From a virus (taxonomy: Duplodnaviria > Caudoviricetes), in IMG/VR virus record IMGVR_UViG_3300037069_001350, positions 1 to 58,222 of that record: a DNA stretch of 58,222 nt; one strand, given 5' to 3'. Positions 1 to 8,842 of this stretch are shown piece after piece; positions within the stretch are counted from its first letter, which is position 1; each line of letters begins with the position of its first letter. Both the position numbers and the translations under genes were made by a program. The notes beneath the pieces were generated by a model. It saw nothing but the letters and a program-made list of their open reading frames with translations. It ran no database searches and was not told the origin of the DNA.

Positions 1-1
1 A

Positions 2-127
2 CTGCGCGACCACCTGCACCTCGACACGACGACCTTGAAGGACGCGCTGGCCGCGGTCTACGGGGACGCCTACTCGTCCGGCGTGCTGGCCGGTCTGCAG
101 CTGGACGGCAGCGCGAACCCGGTGCCC
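2..127. repeat. Terminal direct repeat, left copy (assembly overlap of a circular contig)
   Basis: Bases 2-127 are identical to 58097-58222; base 1 (A) mismatches 58096 (C). Confidence 0.95.
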
Positions 128-1189
128 GGCGTCAACATCTCGATCCCGACGTCGGCGGAGGAGTGGGGCCAGTTCTGGTCGTCGTGGACGCCCGGCCAGG
201 CCACCACCTCGGCGCTGCTGAACTTCGGCGGGCTCGCGCGCCTGCTGGACCGGCAGAACATCACCATCCAGGGCATCACCGGAACCACCCTCGACCGGCT
301 CGGCACCGTGCTCGCCACGGGTGCTCGCACCGGCCAGTCGGTCGACTCGATCGCCCGCTCGATGCAGTCGATCGTCGCCGACCCGGCCCGCGCCCGCATG
401 ATCGCCACCACGGAGATCGCCCGCGCCATGACCGCCGGGTCCGCTGACCAGTACCGCCAGGACGGCATCACGAGGGTCGACCTGGTCACCTCGCCCGGCG
501 CGTGCCTGCACTGCCTGTCGATCGCCGCGGAGAACCCGCTGAAACTGCACGGCGACGGCATCGTCCCGGTGCACCCGAACTGCCGCTGCTCGCTGTCGCC
601 GGTGCTGAACACCCTGACCCCTGGCCCGGACCTGAACTCCGACCTGCTGACCCTGGCCGGTGCCGCCTCCCTCGGCGCTGCCGCCGCGGCGGAGGATGCC
701 GGGCTGGCCGGGCTCGAAGGCGAACACCTCGCACACGACACCGAGGGTGCCGCCGCCGAGGGCGAGGGCAAGCTGCACGAGTTCGTCGACCGCTACCGCA
801 TGACCGACTCGGGCAACGACAACGCGACCCGCGGCGACACGGGCCTGCTGTACCAGAACGACGCCCCGAACCGCGACTTCACGCAGGACCTGGAATACGG
901 CGACAACACCGGCGCGGGCATGAATCTGGACGAGGAGAACTTCGGCGGCACCGGCACGTCGATCCTCGACCGCAACACCGGCGCGGGCGGCAACGGCATG
1001 ACGTCCAACCAGGGCGGCTCGCTCGATGTCACCACGGAGAACAACGGCGAGGGCGACCCGGTCGACTACTTCGCCCCCGGCCTGATCCCGCCGTCCGAAC
1101 CGGCTGCAGTGCCTGCTGCAGCGCCTGCTGCGAAGCCGTCCACGAAGCGCACCCGCAAGCGCACCCGCCGCACCCCGTCGAAGGGCTGA
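2..1189 (+). CDS. MuF-like (SPP1 gp7 family) minor head protein, 3' part; the gene starts at 57980 across the junction
   Basis: RARMIATTEIARA and C-x2-C...VPVHPNCRCSL motifs; acidic, Gly/Asn-rich C-terminal extension ending in a basic tail. Confidence 0.85.
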   Translation: MRDHLHLDTTTLKDALAAVYGDAYSSGVLAGLQLDGSANPVPGVNISIPTSAEEWGQFWSSWTPGQATTSALLNFGGLARLLDRQNITIQGITGTTLDRLGTVLATGARTGQSVDSIARSMQSIVADPARARMIATTEIARAMTAGSADQYRQDGITRVDLVTSPGACLHCLSIAAENPLKLHGDGIVPVHPNCRCSLSPVLNTLTPGPDLNSDLLTLAGAASLGAAAAAEDAGLAGLEGEHLAHDTEGAAAEGEGKLHEFVDRYRMTDSGNDNATRGDTGLLYQNDAPNRDFTQDLEYGDNTGAGMNLDEENFGGTGTSILDRNTGAGGNGMTSNQGGSLDVTTENNGEGDPVDYFAPGLIPPSEPAAVPAAAPAAKPSTKRTRKRTRRTPSKG

Positions 1190-1191
1190 CC

Positions 1192-1605
1192 ATGCCTCGC
1201 TCGATCACCGCTCACGTCACCGGCGCACCGGCCCCGCAGGGCTCGAAGTCCGGCTTCGTGACGAAGTCCGGCAAGGTCAACATGGTCGAGTCGTCGAAGC
1301 GGGTGAAGCCCTGGCGCAAGGCCGTGCACGAGCAGATGAAGGCCGCGGTCGCCGAGCAGGGCTGGGCGACCGCGCAGGACGCCTGCTCGGTCCGCATCAC
1401 GTTCTTCCTGCCCCGCGGCAAGTCGGTGAAGCGTGACCTGCCGACGGTGACGCCGGACCTCGACAAGCTGGTCCGCTCGACGCTGGACGCGCTCACGTCC
1501 TCGCAGGTGATCGCCGACGACAAGCTGGTCTGCTCGATCACGACCAGCAAGGTCTACGACGACGACTACGCCGCGGGCGCGCTGATCACCGTCTCGGCGG
1601 ATTGA
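1192..1605 (+). CDS. rusA: RusA-family Holliday junction resolvase
   Basis: GAPAPQGSK N-terminus and PDLDKLVRSTLDALT...IADD catalytic motif; ATG at 1192. Confidence 0.9.
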   Translation: MPRSITAHVTGAPAPQGSKSGFVTKSGKVNMVESSKRVKPWRKAVHEQMKAAVAEQGWATAQDACSVRITFFLPRGKSVKRDLPTVTPDLDKLVRSTLDALTSSQVIADDKLVCSITTSKVYDDDYAAGALITVSAD

Positions 1606-1775
1606 TCAGCAACCGCCAGAACCGGGTCGCCCGCATGTCGGCAGTCCCGCACGAAGCACACGTCACCAGGTCAGCCTCGCTGACCTGCCAGTTCGACTCG
1701 GTGCAGCAGATCGGCAGTGGCAGCAGCCGCCTGATCCGCTCCCAGTCCCAACCCTCCCCCGAGGAGTTGATCGAC

Positions 1776-2156
1776 ATGCCGCAACGGTACCTGCTCGCGG
1801 TCGCATATCAGCCCGGCGTGGACACGCGCATCGAGAAGGGCGCGGACGGCCACCGGGACTTCTTCACCGAGGCCGAGTTGGAGAAGGCCGCGTGGTCGAT
1901 GCTGCTCGGCGGTGAGCCCGAGGTCGGGCTGTACCACGCCGACGGCACCGTCGGGCACGCGAAGGTCGTCGAGAGCTACGTCTACCGCGGCCCCGACTGG
2001 ACGCTCACCGCGGTCGACGGCTCGACGCAGGTGATCAAGTCCGGCACCTGGCTGACCGGCCTGCTGTGCGACGACATCGCGTGGCGAATGTACGAACGCG
2101 GCGAGGTGCAGGGCGTGTCCCTGCAGGGTGCCGCCCGACGGCGGAGGACCGCATGA
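1776..2156 (+). CDS. XkdF-like putative prohead protease domain protein
   Basis: DFFTEAELEKAAW...GLYH...VVESY...GTW...GVSLQG pattern; GAGGAG RBS; upstream of scaffold and capsid. Confidence 0.7.
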   Translation: MPQRYLLAVAYQPGVDTRIEKGADGHRDFFTEAELEKAAWSMLLGGEPEVGLYHADGTVGHAKVVESYVYRGPDWTLTAVDGSTQVIKSGTWLTGLLCDDIAWRMYERGEVQGVSLQGAARRRRTA

Positions 2157-2338
2157 CCACGACCCTGAACGACCGCCGCCGGGCCACGCAGAAGCGTGCG
2201 CCCCGGCGGACCCCGCACGCCTGCCTGGGGTGCGGCTCCCACAAGACCCGGATCGTCCGCAAGGCGATCCTGTGCCGCTCGTGCGGGACCTATTACCGGG
2301 TGCCCGCACACCTGATCCGCGAGGTGTTCCATGTCTGA
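2153..2338 (+). CDS. Small zinc-ribbon protein
   Basis: CLGC...CRSC; ATGA overlap with upstream gene; GGAGG RBS. Confidence 0.6.
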   Translation: MTTTLNDRRRATQKRAPRRTPHACLGCGSHKTRIVRKAILCRSCGTYYRVPAHLIREVFHV

Positions 2339-3902
2339 CCTGACCGAGACTCCCGACGCCGTCGAGGACGACGTCGAGGGCACCTGGCTCGCCGACGCCC
2401 AGATCGGTCGCATCGACCTGGTGCACAAGGGCGCGAACGGCCTGCCGTTCCTGATCGCGAAGGGCCAGGGCGGCTTCCTGCCGCCCGAGGCCGTGCAGGA
2501 CCTGCTCGACCGCAACGCGGTGCCGGACCCGGCACCCGTCACCACGCCGCGTGACGACGTCACTCTCACCGGCTCCCCCGCCGCGATCACGAAGATGATC
2601 TTCGACGCGGCCCAGCGGGCAAAGGCCCGTCCCACCGAGGAGAACGACATGACCGACGACGTCAGCAAGGCGAAGGCCGACCTGGACATCACCGAGCCGC
2701 TGTCCGGCGCAGGCGACGCCTCGCCGATGCCGGGCACCCCCGAGTGGGAGGAGGTGGACGCCGCGACCGCCTCGAAGTGGATCGGCGTCCTGGGTCGCGC
2801 GAAGAACGCGATCTGCCTGCTCGCCGAGCGCGAGATGCAGGAGGCCGCGGTCGGCGAGGTCGACGGCGCGGAGAACGCCATGAACCTCGGCGACGCATCG
2901 AGCGCGATCGACTGCGCGATCTCGATCCTCGCCCCGTACGCAGTCGGCGAGCAGATGGACGCCGACCAGGCGCAGCTGTCCGCGGTCGGCAAGGCGCTCG
3001 CCGGTGCCGACGAACCGCTCGACGTGATCGAGCGGCTGGCCCCCGTGGTCAAGGCCGGGCGGGTCCTGTCCGGCAAGAACGAGCAGGCGATCCGTGACGC
3101 CGTCACCGCCCTGCAGGGGGTGCTGGCCTCGCTGCCCGCTCCCATCGACGAGAGCGGCCAGCCGGTCGCGAAGGAGGCCGACATGGCTGCCAGTCCCACC
3201 ACCCTCGAAGTCGAGGTCACGCCGGTCGTCAAGGCCGTCGAACTCGACGCCGCGTCGGAGTTCCCGACCTTCACCCTCGGCACCGTCACGAAGGCGAAGG
3301 GTGACCCGGTCACCGTCGTGTTCAACGCCGACGGCAAGCTGATCGGCGTCATCGACCCCGCCGACCTCATGCCGGTGTCCGACACCGCCGCGAAGTCCGA
3401 CGACTCGTCCGACGACGCCGCGCCCGCCACCGACGACGCCGCCCCGGCGGACGACGCAGCTGCCGCTGCGCCCGCCGCGGACGCCGCCGACCAGGCCGCT
3501 GCCGCGGCCCCCGATGCCACCGCTGACGCCGCCGCGGCTCCCGCCGACGACGACGCCAACGTCCAGAAGTCCACGCAGTCCGACGGGGTCGCCGCCCTGT
3601 CCGCCCTGCTCAATGAGGCCCTGACCCCGATCGCGGAGAAGCTGGCGTCCAACGACCAGCTTGCGAGCGTGGTCAAGGGCCTGCAGGAGCGGGTCGAGCA
3701 GCTGGCGAAGATGCCCGACGACCGCAAGTCCCCGCTGCTCAACGGTGCGTTCGGCACCGGCGACGGCAACGAGGGCGCGGGCGATGCCCACGCCGAACTC
3801 CGCAAGGCGGTCGAGGACGCGAAGTCCGACGCCGAGCGGCGCGACGCTCTGCAGCGTCTCGCCTACGCCGAGGTCAAGGCCCGGTTCAACCCGACCGCCT
3901 GA
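2331..3902 (+). CDS. Capsid scaffold/maturation protein
   Basis: IGRIDLVHKGANGLPFLIAK N-terminal motif, Ala/Asp-rich linker, C-terminal coiled coil; immediately upstream of capsid gene. Confidence 0.6.
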   Translation: MSDLTETPDAVEDDVEGTWLADAQIGRIDLVHKGANGLPFLIAKGQGGFLPPEAVQDLLDRNAVPDPAPVTTPRDDVTLTGSPAAITKMIFDAAQRAKARPTEENDMTDDVSKAKADLDITEPLSGAGDASPMPGTPEWEEVDAATASKWIGVLGRAKNAICLLAEREMQEAAVGEVDGAENAMNLGDASSAIDCAISILAPYAVGEQMDADQAQLSAVGKALAGADEPLDVIERLAPVVKAGRVLSGKNEQAIRDAVTALQGVLASLPAPIDESGQPVAKEADMAASPTTLEVEVTPVVKAVELDAASEFPTFTLGTVTKAKGDPVTVVFNADGKLIGVIDPADLMPVSDTAAKSDDSSDDAAPATDDAAPADDAAAAAPAADAADQAAAAAPDATADAAAAPADDDANVQKSTQSDGVAALSALLNEALTPIAEKLASNDQLASVVKGLQERVEQLAKMPDDRKSPLLNGAFGTGDGNEGAGDAHAELRKAVEDAKSDAERRDALQRLAYAEVKARFNPTA

Positions 3903-4009
3903 TCGGCCAGCACCACCCCGCCCCACCCAACACCCGGATCGCCCCGCAACCAGCCGCGCACGAAGCGCCGCCGGGCGATACCCCATGCACTGAAAGGCAA
4001 GTGATCCAC

Positions 4010-5461
4010 ATGATCGACGAGAAGATCACCGCCGAGACCCTGGAACTGATCAAGAAGGCGACCACCGCCGGTGTGAACAGTTCGACGGGCATCGTCGGTG
4101 TCGACCTCTCCGACCTGATCTCCCTGATCCCGGTCAACACCCCGTTCCGCGACTCGCTCGCGCGCACGAAGCCGAAGATGGGCGCGAAGTTCGCCGAGTG
4201 GCGTGCCCTCGTGAACGTCAACAACACCCAGCCGAACCCGTTCACCGCGTTCGACTTCGCCGCCCCGCTGGCGAACATCGACGAGCAGGACGTCACCGCC
4301 CTGTACGCGAAGCTCGGCATGGGCTACACCGTCACGCAGGACGCGATCGACCTCGCCGGTGGCTACGCCGACGCGAAGGCCGTCGCCGTGATGAACGCCC
4401 TGAACCAGTTCAAGATCGGCGAGGACAAGGGCTCGATCGGCGGGCAGCTGTTCGCGCTCACCACGCCCGGCACCCCGACCGTGACCCAGTCCGACACCGG
4501 CGGCTCGATCGCCGCATCGACCGCGGTCAACGTGAAGGTCGCCGCCCGCACCGGCGCGAACTACTTCTGGGGCGGCTCGACCGTCGCCAGCGCGCAGGGC
4601 ACGGTCACCACGTCCACCGTCGCCGCGGCCACGCACTCCGCGACCGCCACGGTCGCCGCGGTCCGCGGTGCCGTCGCCTACGACTGGTTCGTCGGCGGCT
4701 TCTACTACACGACCACCACGGTCAACAAGGTCGTGATCACCTCGATCCCGACCGCGAACCAGGCCGTGCCGAACCTGCCGGACCTGTACCAGACCGCCCC
4801 GGCTGGCCCGCCCACCGCGGACTCGTCCGCCGGGTCGAACCAGTTCAACGGCCTGCTGGCCTCCCTCGCCGGTGACTACGCCACCGGCGGCGCGACCGGC
4901 CTGGTCACGCCGGGCTCGGGCACCCCGTCCGGCGCGTACTTCCACTCGCTCGACGGCAGCCCGCTGTCCGTCAGCGGTGCGGCGGTCGCCGAACTGGACA
5001 ACCTGAACCAGTCGATCTACGACACGGTCCGCCTGTCGCCCGACTGCTACATGATGTCCAGCCAGGAGGGCACGAAGCTGTCCAACGTGCTGCTCGGCTC
5101 GACCGTCTCCGAGACGTTCTTCCAGCCGAACCTCGCGGGCCGCTCCGAGGCCGTCCTCGGTTCGTTCGTCGGCTGGTACGTGAACAAGGCCGCGGGCGGC
5201 ACCCCGATCCGCGTCGAGGTCCACCCGCACATGCCGCCGGGCACCCTGATCGCCCGGACGGACCGCGTGCCGTTCCCGAACAGCAACATCACCAACACCT
5301 GCGAGATTCGTACGCTCCGCGACGTGAGCGACTACGACTACGCCGCGAACCGGGCCGCGGGCTCGGGCGGCGGTCCTCGCTTCGACGGTGAGACCTACGC
5401 CAACGAGGTGTTCATCAACAAGGCACCCGTCGCGATGGGCGTGCTGCAGAACATCGGCTGA
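4010..5461 (+). CDS. Major capsid protein with an internal Thr/Ala-rich beta-domain insertion
   Basis: LIPVNTPFRDSLAR N-terminus, IRVEVHPHMPPGTLI and AMGVLQNIG C-terminus; position; strong codon bias. Alternative start GTG 4001. Confidence 0.85.
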   Translation: MIDEKITAETLELIKKATTAGVNSSTGIVGVDLSDLISLIPVNTPFRDSLARTKPKMGAKFAEWRALVNVNNTQPNPFTAFDFAAPLANIDEQDVTALYAKLGMGYTVTQDAIDLAGGYADAKAVAVMNALNQFKIGEDKGSIGGQLFALTTPGTPTVTQSDTGGSIAASTAVNVKVAARTGANYFWGGSTVASAQGTVTTSTVAAATHSATATVAAVRGAVAYDWFVGGFYYTTTTVNKVVITSIPTANQAVPNLPDLYQTAPAGPPTADSSAGSNQFNGLLASLAGDYATGGATGLVTPGSGTPSGAYFHSLDGSPLSVSGAAVAELDNLNQSIYDTVRLSPDCYMMSSQEGTKLSNVLLGSTVSETFFQPNLAGRSEAVLGSFVGWYVNKAAGGTPIRVEVHPHMPPGTLIARTDRVPFPNSNITNTCEIRTLRDVSDYDYAANRAAGSGGGPRFDGETYANEVFINKAPVAMGVLQNIG

Positions 5462-5532
5462 CCGCCGGTCCTGCAGTAACAGGGCTCGGCTGGCCCTCGC
5501 TACGGCCCCCGGCGGGGGTCTCAGCCGACATC

Positions 5533-5579
5533 GAGCGCGTCCCAGTCGCCCGTCGCTACCTGGCGACTGGGGCGCGCTC
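5533..5579 (+). terminator. Strong hairpin after the capsid gene (terminator or mRNA stabiliser)
   Basis: GAGCGCGtCCCAGTCGCC ... GGCGACTGGGgCGCGCTC inverted repeat; no U-tract. Confidence 0.55.
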
Positions 5580-5615
5580 ACCTCTCCAACAACCACGACT
5601 CATAGGGGGTCTGCC

Positions 5616-6056
5616 ATGAGGATCGCAAACACCGACGGCGCGACGACGATGCAGCACGACGGCGTCGACTACGAGGCCGACAAGCACGGCATGTTCACCG
5701 TGCCCGAGCACATCGGCCAGGCGCTGATCAAGTTCCCGCACTGGGTGCAGGAGCACGTCGCCCTGGCCCGCGGCGAGGCGTCGAAGCTGGCGCACGACGT
5801 CCAGCCCGAGCACATCATCGAGCGCGTCACGCAGCTGGAAGGCGATCTCGCCGGGCTCGCCTCGAAGGTCGAGCAGCTGCTCGGCATCGTCGCGAAGGTC
5901 GCCCCCGAGGCCGCGGCTGCGATCTCGGTCGCCGACCCGGCTGCCGCCCCGGCTGCTGCCGCCGTCGCCGGTGCTGTCGAGGCGGCGAACGCCACCGTCG
6001 ACAAGGTCGCCGCGAAGGTCACGAAGGCCACGTCCGCGAAGGCCGCGGCGAAGTGA
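5616..6056 (+). CDS. Hypothetical virion-operon protein
   Basis: AGGGGG RBS and ATG; coiled coil followed by Ala/Lys-rich tail. Confidence 0.7.
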   Translation: MRIANTDGATTMQHDGVDYEADKHGMFTVPEHIGQALIKFPHWVQEHVALARGEASKLAHDVQPEHIIERVTQLEGDLAGLASKVEQLLGIVAKVAPEAAAAISVADPAAAPAAAAVAGAVEAANATVDKVAAKVTKATSAKAAAK

Positions 6057-6568
6057 CCGCCGGACCGTCGCTGACGGTCCTGCTGCCCTACACCGACGAG
6101 AAGCTGGACCCGCGCTGCGTCGAACTGCTGCAGCGCCACGTCTGCACCGTCCGGCGCTACGCGGGCAGCTTCAAGGCCGTCCGGCTCGACCCTCGCGACA
6201 CGTCCGCCTACTTCCGGCTGGTCGAGTCCGAGTGGTCGCAGCCGGGCGACCTGGTGATCGTCGAGCACGACATCGGCATCCACCGCCACGTCATGCCCGC
6301 CTTCCTGGCCTGCCGCGAGCCCTGGTGCGGCAACGCTTACGCGATCGGCGAGCAGATGCTCGTGTGCCTCGGCTGCACCCGCTTCACCGCCGAGTTGAAG
6401 GCCGCGGAGCCGGACCTGCTCAACGAGGTCGGCCAGGTCGGCAACGACGGCCTGCAGGCCCGCGACTGGCGTCGCCTCGACGTCCGCCTGGCCGACGCCC
6501 TGCACAAGCGCGGCTACCAGCACCACGAGCACACCCCGCCCGTGACGCACTACCACGAGTACCAGTGA
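6053..6568 (+). CDS. Small glycosyltransferase-like (GT-A fold) protein
   Basis: Hydrophobic strand ending in DLVIVEHDI (DxD-like), LGCTRF, C-terminal VTHYH; GTGA overlap. Confidence 0.55.
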   Translation: MTAGPSLTVLLPYTDEKLDPRCVELLQRHVCTVRRYAGSFKAVRLDPRDTSAYFRLVESEWSQPGDLVIVEHDIGIHRHVMPAFLACREPWCGNAYAIGEQMLVCLGCTRFTAELKAAEPDLLNEVGQVGNDGLQARDWRRLDVRLADALHKRGYQHHEHTPPVTHYHEYQ

Positions 6569-6578
6569 GGACCCGGCC

Positions 6579-7481
6579 ATGACCACGCCCGCCGCCGTCG
6601 CCCCGTACGTAGCCACCTACGCGAACCGCGTCCCGTACATCACGGTCGACGAGTTCCTGAACGCCCCGACCGGCGTCGACACCTCGCAGATCAAGCCCGG
6701 CTCGACGCCCACGGAGAACCGCGCCGCGCTCGCCCAGCTGATCCTGCGCGCATCGAGCGAGGCCGACAACATCGCCCGCCAGGTGCTCGCCGCCTCGACC
6801 GACATCCAGATCGGGCAGTACCGGGTCCGCTCGAACGGAACGATCCGCGTGCCCGTCGACTACACGCCACTGGTCGCCGTCACCGGCGTGAAGATCGGCA
6901 CCTCGCCGTCGAACCTGGCCGCGCTGACCGACCTGACCGGCCTGTGGCTGCAGCGCAAGGTCGCCTCGATCCCCGTCTACGGCCCGAGCTACACCCGCCA
7001 GATGGACAACCCGACGGCGACCGCCGACGTCGGCAAGGTCTACGCCCAGGTCACCTACGTCAACGGCTTCGCGAACACCTCGCTGGCCGCGGACGCCGCC
7101 CAGGGCGCGACCTCGATCACGCCGAAGGACACGACCGGCATCTGCCCCGGCCTGCAGCTGACCATCTACGACGCCACCGCGGCCTCGTGGGAGACCGTGA
7201 CGGTCGATCCGAGCTACACCTACGGCTCGGCCACCGTCCCGCTCACTTCGGCGCTGCAGTTCGCCCACACGTCCGGCACGGCGGTCTCCGCCTTCCCCGG
7301 CGACGTAAAACAGGCCGTCATCCACCTGACCACGTTCCTGATCAAGACGCGCGGCGCGGAAGCGATCGCCGTCGACGGCTACGGCTCCGAGCCCGGCCAC
7401 ACCGTCTCCGCGGAGGCGGGCGGCATCGAGGAGTACGACTGGGCCGTCGACCTGCTCGAACCGAAGCGGAGGGTCTGGTGA
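6579..7481 (+). CDS. Head-to-tail adaptor
   Basis: PYITVDEF...ILRASSEAD N-terminus, PGDVKQAVI...LLEP C-terminus; position. Confidence 0.7.
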   Translation: MTTPAAVAPYVATYANRVPYITVDEFLNAPTGVDTSQIKPGSTPTENRAALAQLILRASSEADNIARQVLAASTDIQIGQYRVRSNGTIRVPVDYTPLVAVTGVKIGTSPSNLAALTDLTGLWLQRKVASIPVYGPSYTRQMDNPTATADVGKVYAQVTYVNGFANTSLAADAAQGATSITPKDTTGICPGLQLTIYDATAASWETVTVDPSYTYGSATVPLTSALQFAHTSGTAVSAFPGDVKQAVIHLTTFLIKTRGAEAIAVDGYGSEPGHTVSAEAGGIEEYDWAVDLLEPKRRVW

Positions 7482-7996
7482 GTACCGCAACGGTGCGCGC
7501 CGCCGTCGCCGACTTCGTCACGACCGCCGCCGTGCCCGGTGTCGGCAAGGTGTACCGCGCGATCCCGTACTGGGCCGACGGTGCCGACTGGAAGCTGGAC
7601 TCGAAGCTGGGCAACGGCGCAGTGGTCGCCGTGCACATCGTCGAGGACGCCGAGCGGCGCAACACGCTGCCCGCGATCACCGGCCAGAAGCGCGTCGACT
7701 ACACCGTCGGCCTGGCGATCTACTACCAGTGGCTGATCCCGTCGGCCAGCCAGGCGTCGCACTCGACCGACGACTGGGTGGACGGGCTCGACCAGATCAT
7801 CGACGCCTTGAAGGCGGCGATCCGGCAGGCCCCCACGCTCAACGACTCGACGGTGATCTTCCAGGCCGGTCAGGGTCGCATCCACGAGACCATGCCGGAC
7901 CTCACCACGAAGCAGGGGATGCCCCGCCGCGGCGAGGGCAAGGTGCTCTGCTGGTCGGTCGTCGAACTCGGGGTCACCGAGATCATCGAGGGGTGA
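7478..7996 (+). CDS. Putative tail terminator / head-tail joining protein
   Basis: GTGA overlap with GGAGG RBS; size and position before the tail tube gene. Confidence 0.55.
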   Translation: MSTATVRAAVADFVTTAAVPGVGKVYRAIPYWADGADWKLDSKLGNGAVVAVHIVEDAERRNTLPAITGQKRVDYTVGLAIYYQWLIPSASQASHSTDDWVDGLDQIIDALKAAIRQAPTLNDSTVIFQAGQGRIHETMPDLTTKQGMPRRGEGKVLCWSVVELGVTEIIEG

Positions 7997-8000
7997 CGTC

Positions 8001-8573
8001 ATGGCGAAGCGACGCCGTCACCATCGCAAGCACTACCACTTGAAGCACAAGCGGAAGCGGTCGCGCCGTCGGCATCACCGGCGGCACTACCACTTGAAGC
8101 ACAAGCGACGCCGCGCCCACCTGAAACACCGCCGCCACCGGCGACGTCACAAGGGCAAGATCAAGCGCCACCGGCACGCCCGGCACCGGCGCAAGGTCAA
8201 ACGGCATCGCAAGCGTCACCGTCGCCGCCACCACGGCAAGCTGCGGAAGCGGCGGCACCGGCATCGGCACAGGCGGCACCGCCGCCGGGCTCGGAGGCAT
8301 CATCGCCGCCACTACCACTTGCGTCACAAGCGGCACTACCGCGGACGGCGGCACTACCACTTGAAGCACAAGCGCCGCTCGAAGCTGTCGCACACGAAGA
8401 AGCGGGTCAAGCGCGCCCGCAACGCGATCGGGCATCACCGCCACCAGCGCAACCACCTGCGGCATCTGCACCAGGGCCACATCCGGCACAAGGCCGCGGC
8501 GGTCCACACGAAGCATCACAAGCTGCGGAAGGCCCGCGTCTCGCGGTTCCGCAGCAGCCTGGGCCACCTGTAA
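8001..8573 (+). CDS. Protamine-like Arg/His/Lys-rich protein
   Basis: GAGGGG RBS; fills the gap between neighbouring genes exactly; about 72% R/H/K, no D/E; four HYHL(K/R)HKR repeats. Confidence 0.75.
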   Translation: MAKRRRHHRKHYHLKHKRKRSRRRHHRRHYHLKHKRRRAHLKHRRHRRRHKGKIKRHRHARHRRKVKRHRKRHRRRHHGKLRKRRHRHRHRRHRRRARRHHRRHYHLRHKRHYRGRRHYHLKHKRRSKLSHTKKRVKRARNAIGHHRHQRNHLRHLHQGHIRHKAAAVHTKHHKLRKARVSRFRSSLGHL

Positions 8574-8587
8574 CCGAGGAGATCGAC

Positions 8588-8839
8588 ATGCCCCGCTACC
8601 AGTACACCGACGTGCACGAGCGCGTCCTGACCGGGCTCGCGCACGGCGTGAACGCCAGCGTGACCCGCGACGGTGAACCGCTCGACGAGCAGGGCACCGT
8701 CGTCGCCCGACTCGGTGACGAGATCACCACGAACGACCCCTACGAGCACGCCTTCCTGGCCCTGCTCGACAAGCCCACGCCCCGGCGTCGCCGCGGCCAG
8801 AACGACGACACGGGCAGCGGCCCGGACACCCAGGAGTAA
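8588..8839 (+). CDS. Small hypothetical tail-region protein
   Basis: GAGGAG RBS; operon packing. Confidence 0.7.
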   Translation: MPRYQYTDVHERVLTGLAHGVNASVTRDGEPLDEQGTVVARLGDEITTNDPYEHAFLALLDKPTPRRRRGQNDDTGSGPDTQE

Positions 8840-8842
8840 GCC

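Noticed and set aside
1667-1687. 9-bp hairpin between rusA and the protease gene
   Set aside because: Short, no U-tract, and plausible by chance at this GC content
5462-5615. tRNA or riboswitch in the post-capsid gap
   Set aside because: Hairpins are present but there is no cloverleaf, T-loop or known aptamer motif; kept only as a terminator-like hairpin
7983-8567. 194-aa hydrophobic ORF on the minus strand
   Set aside because: Antisense mirror of the Arg/His-rich gene; opposes the operon direction
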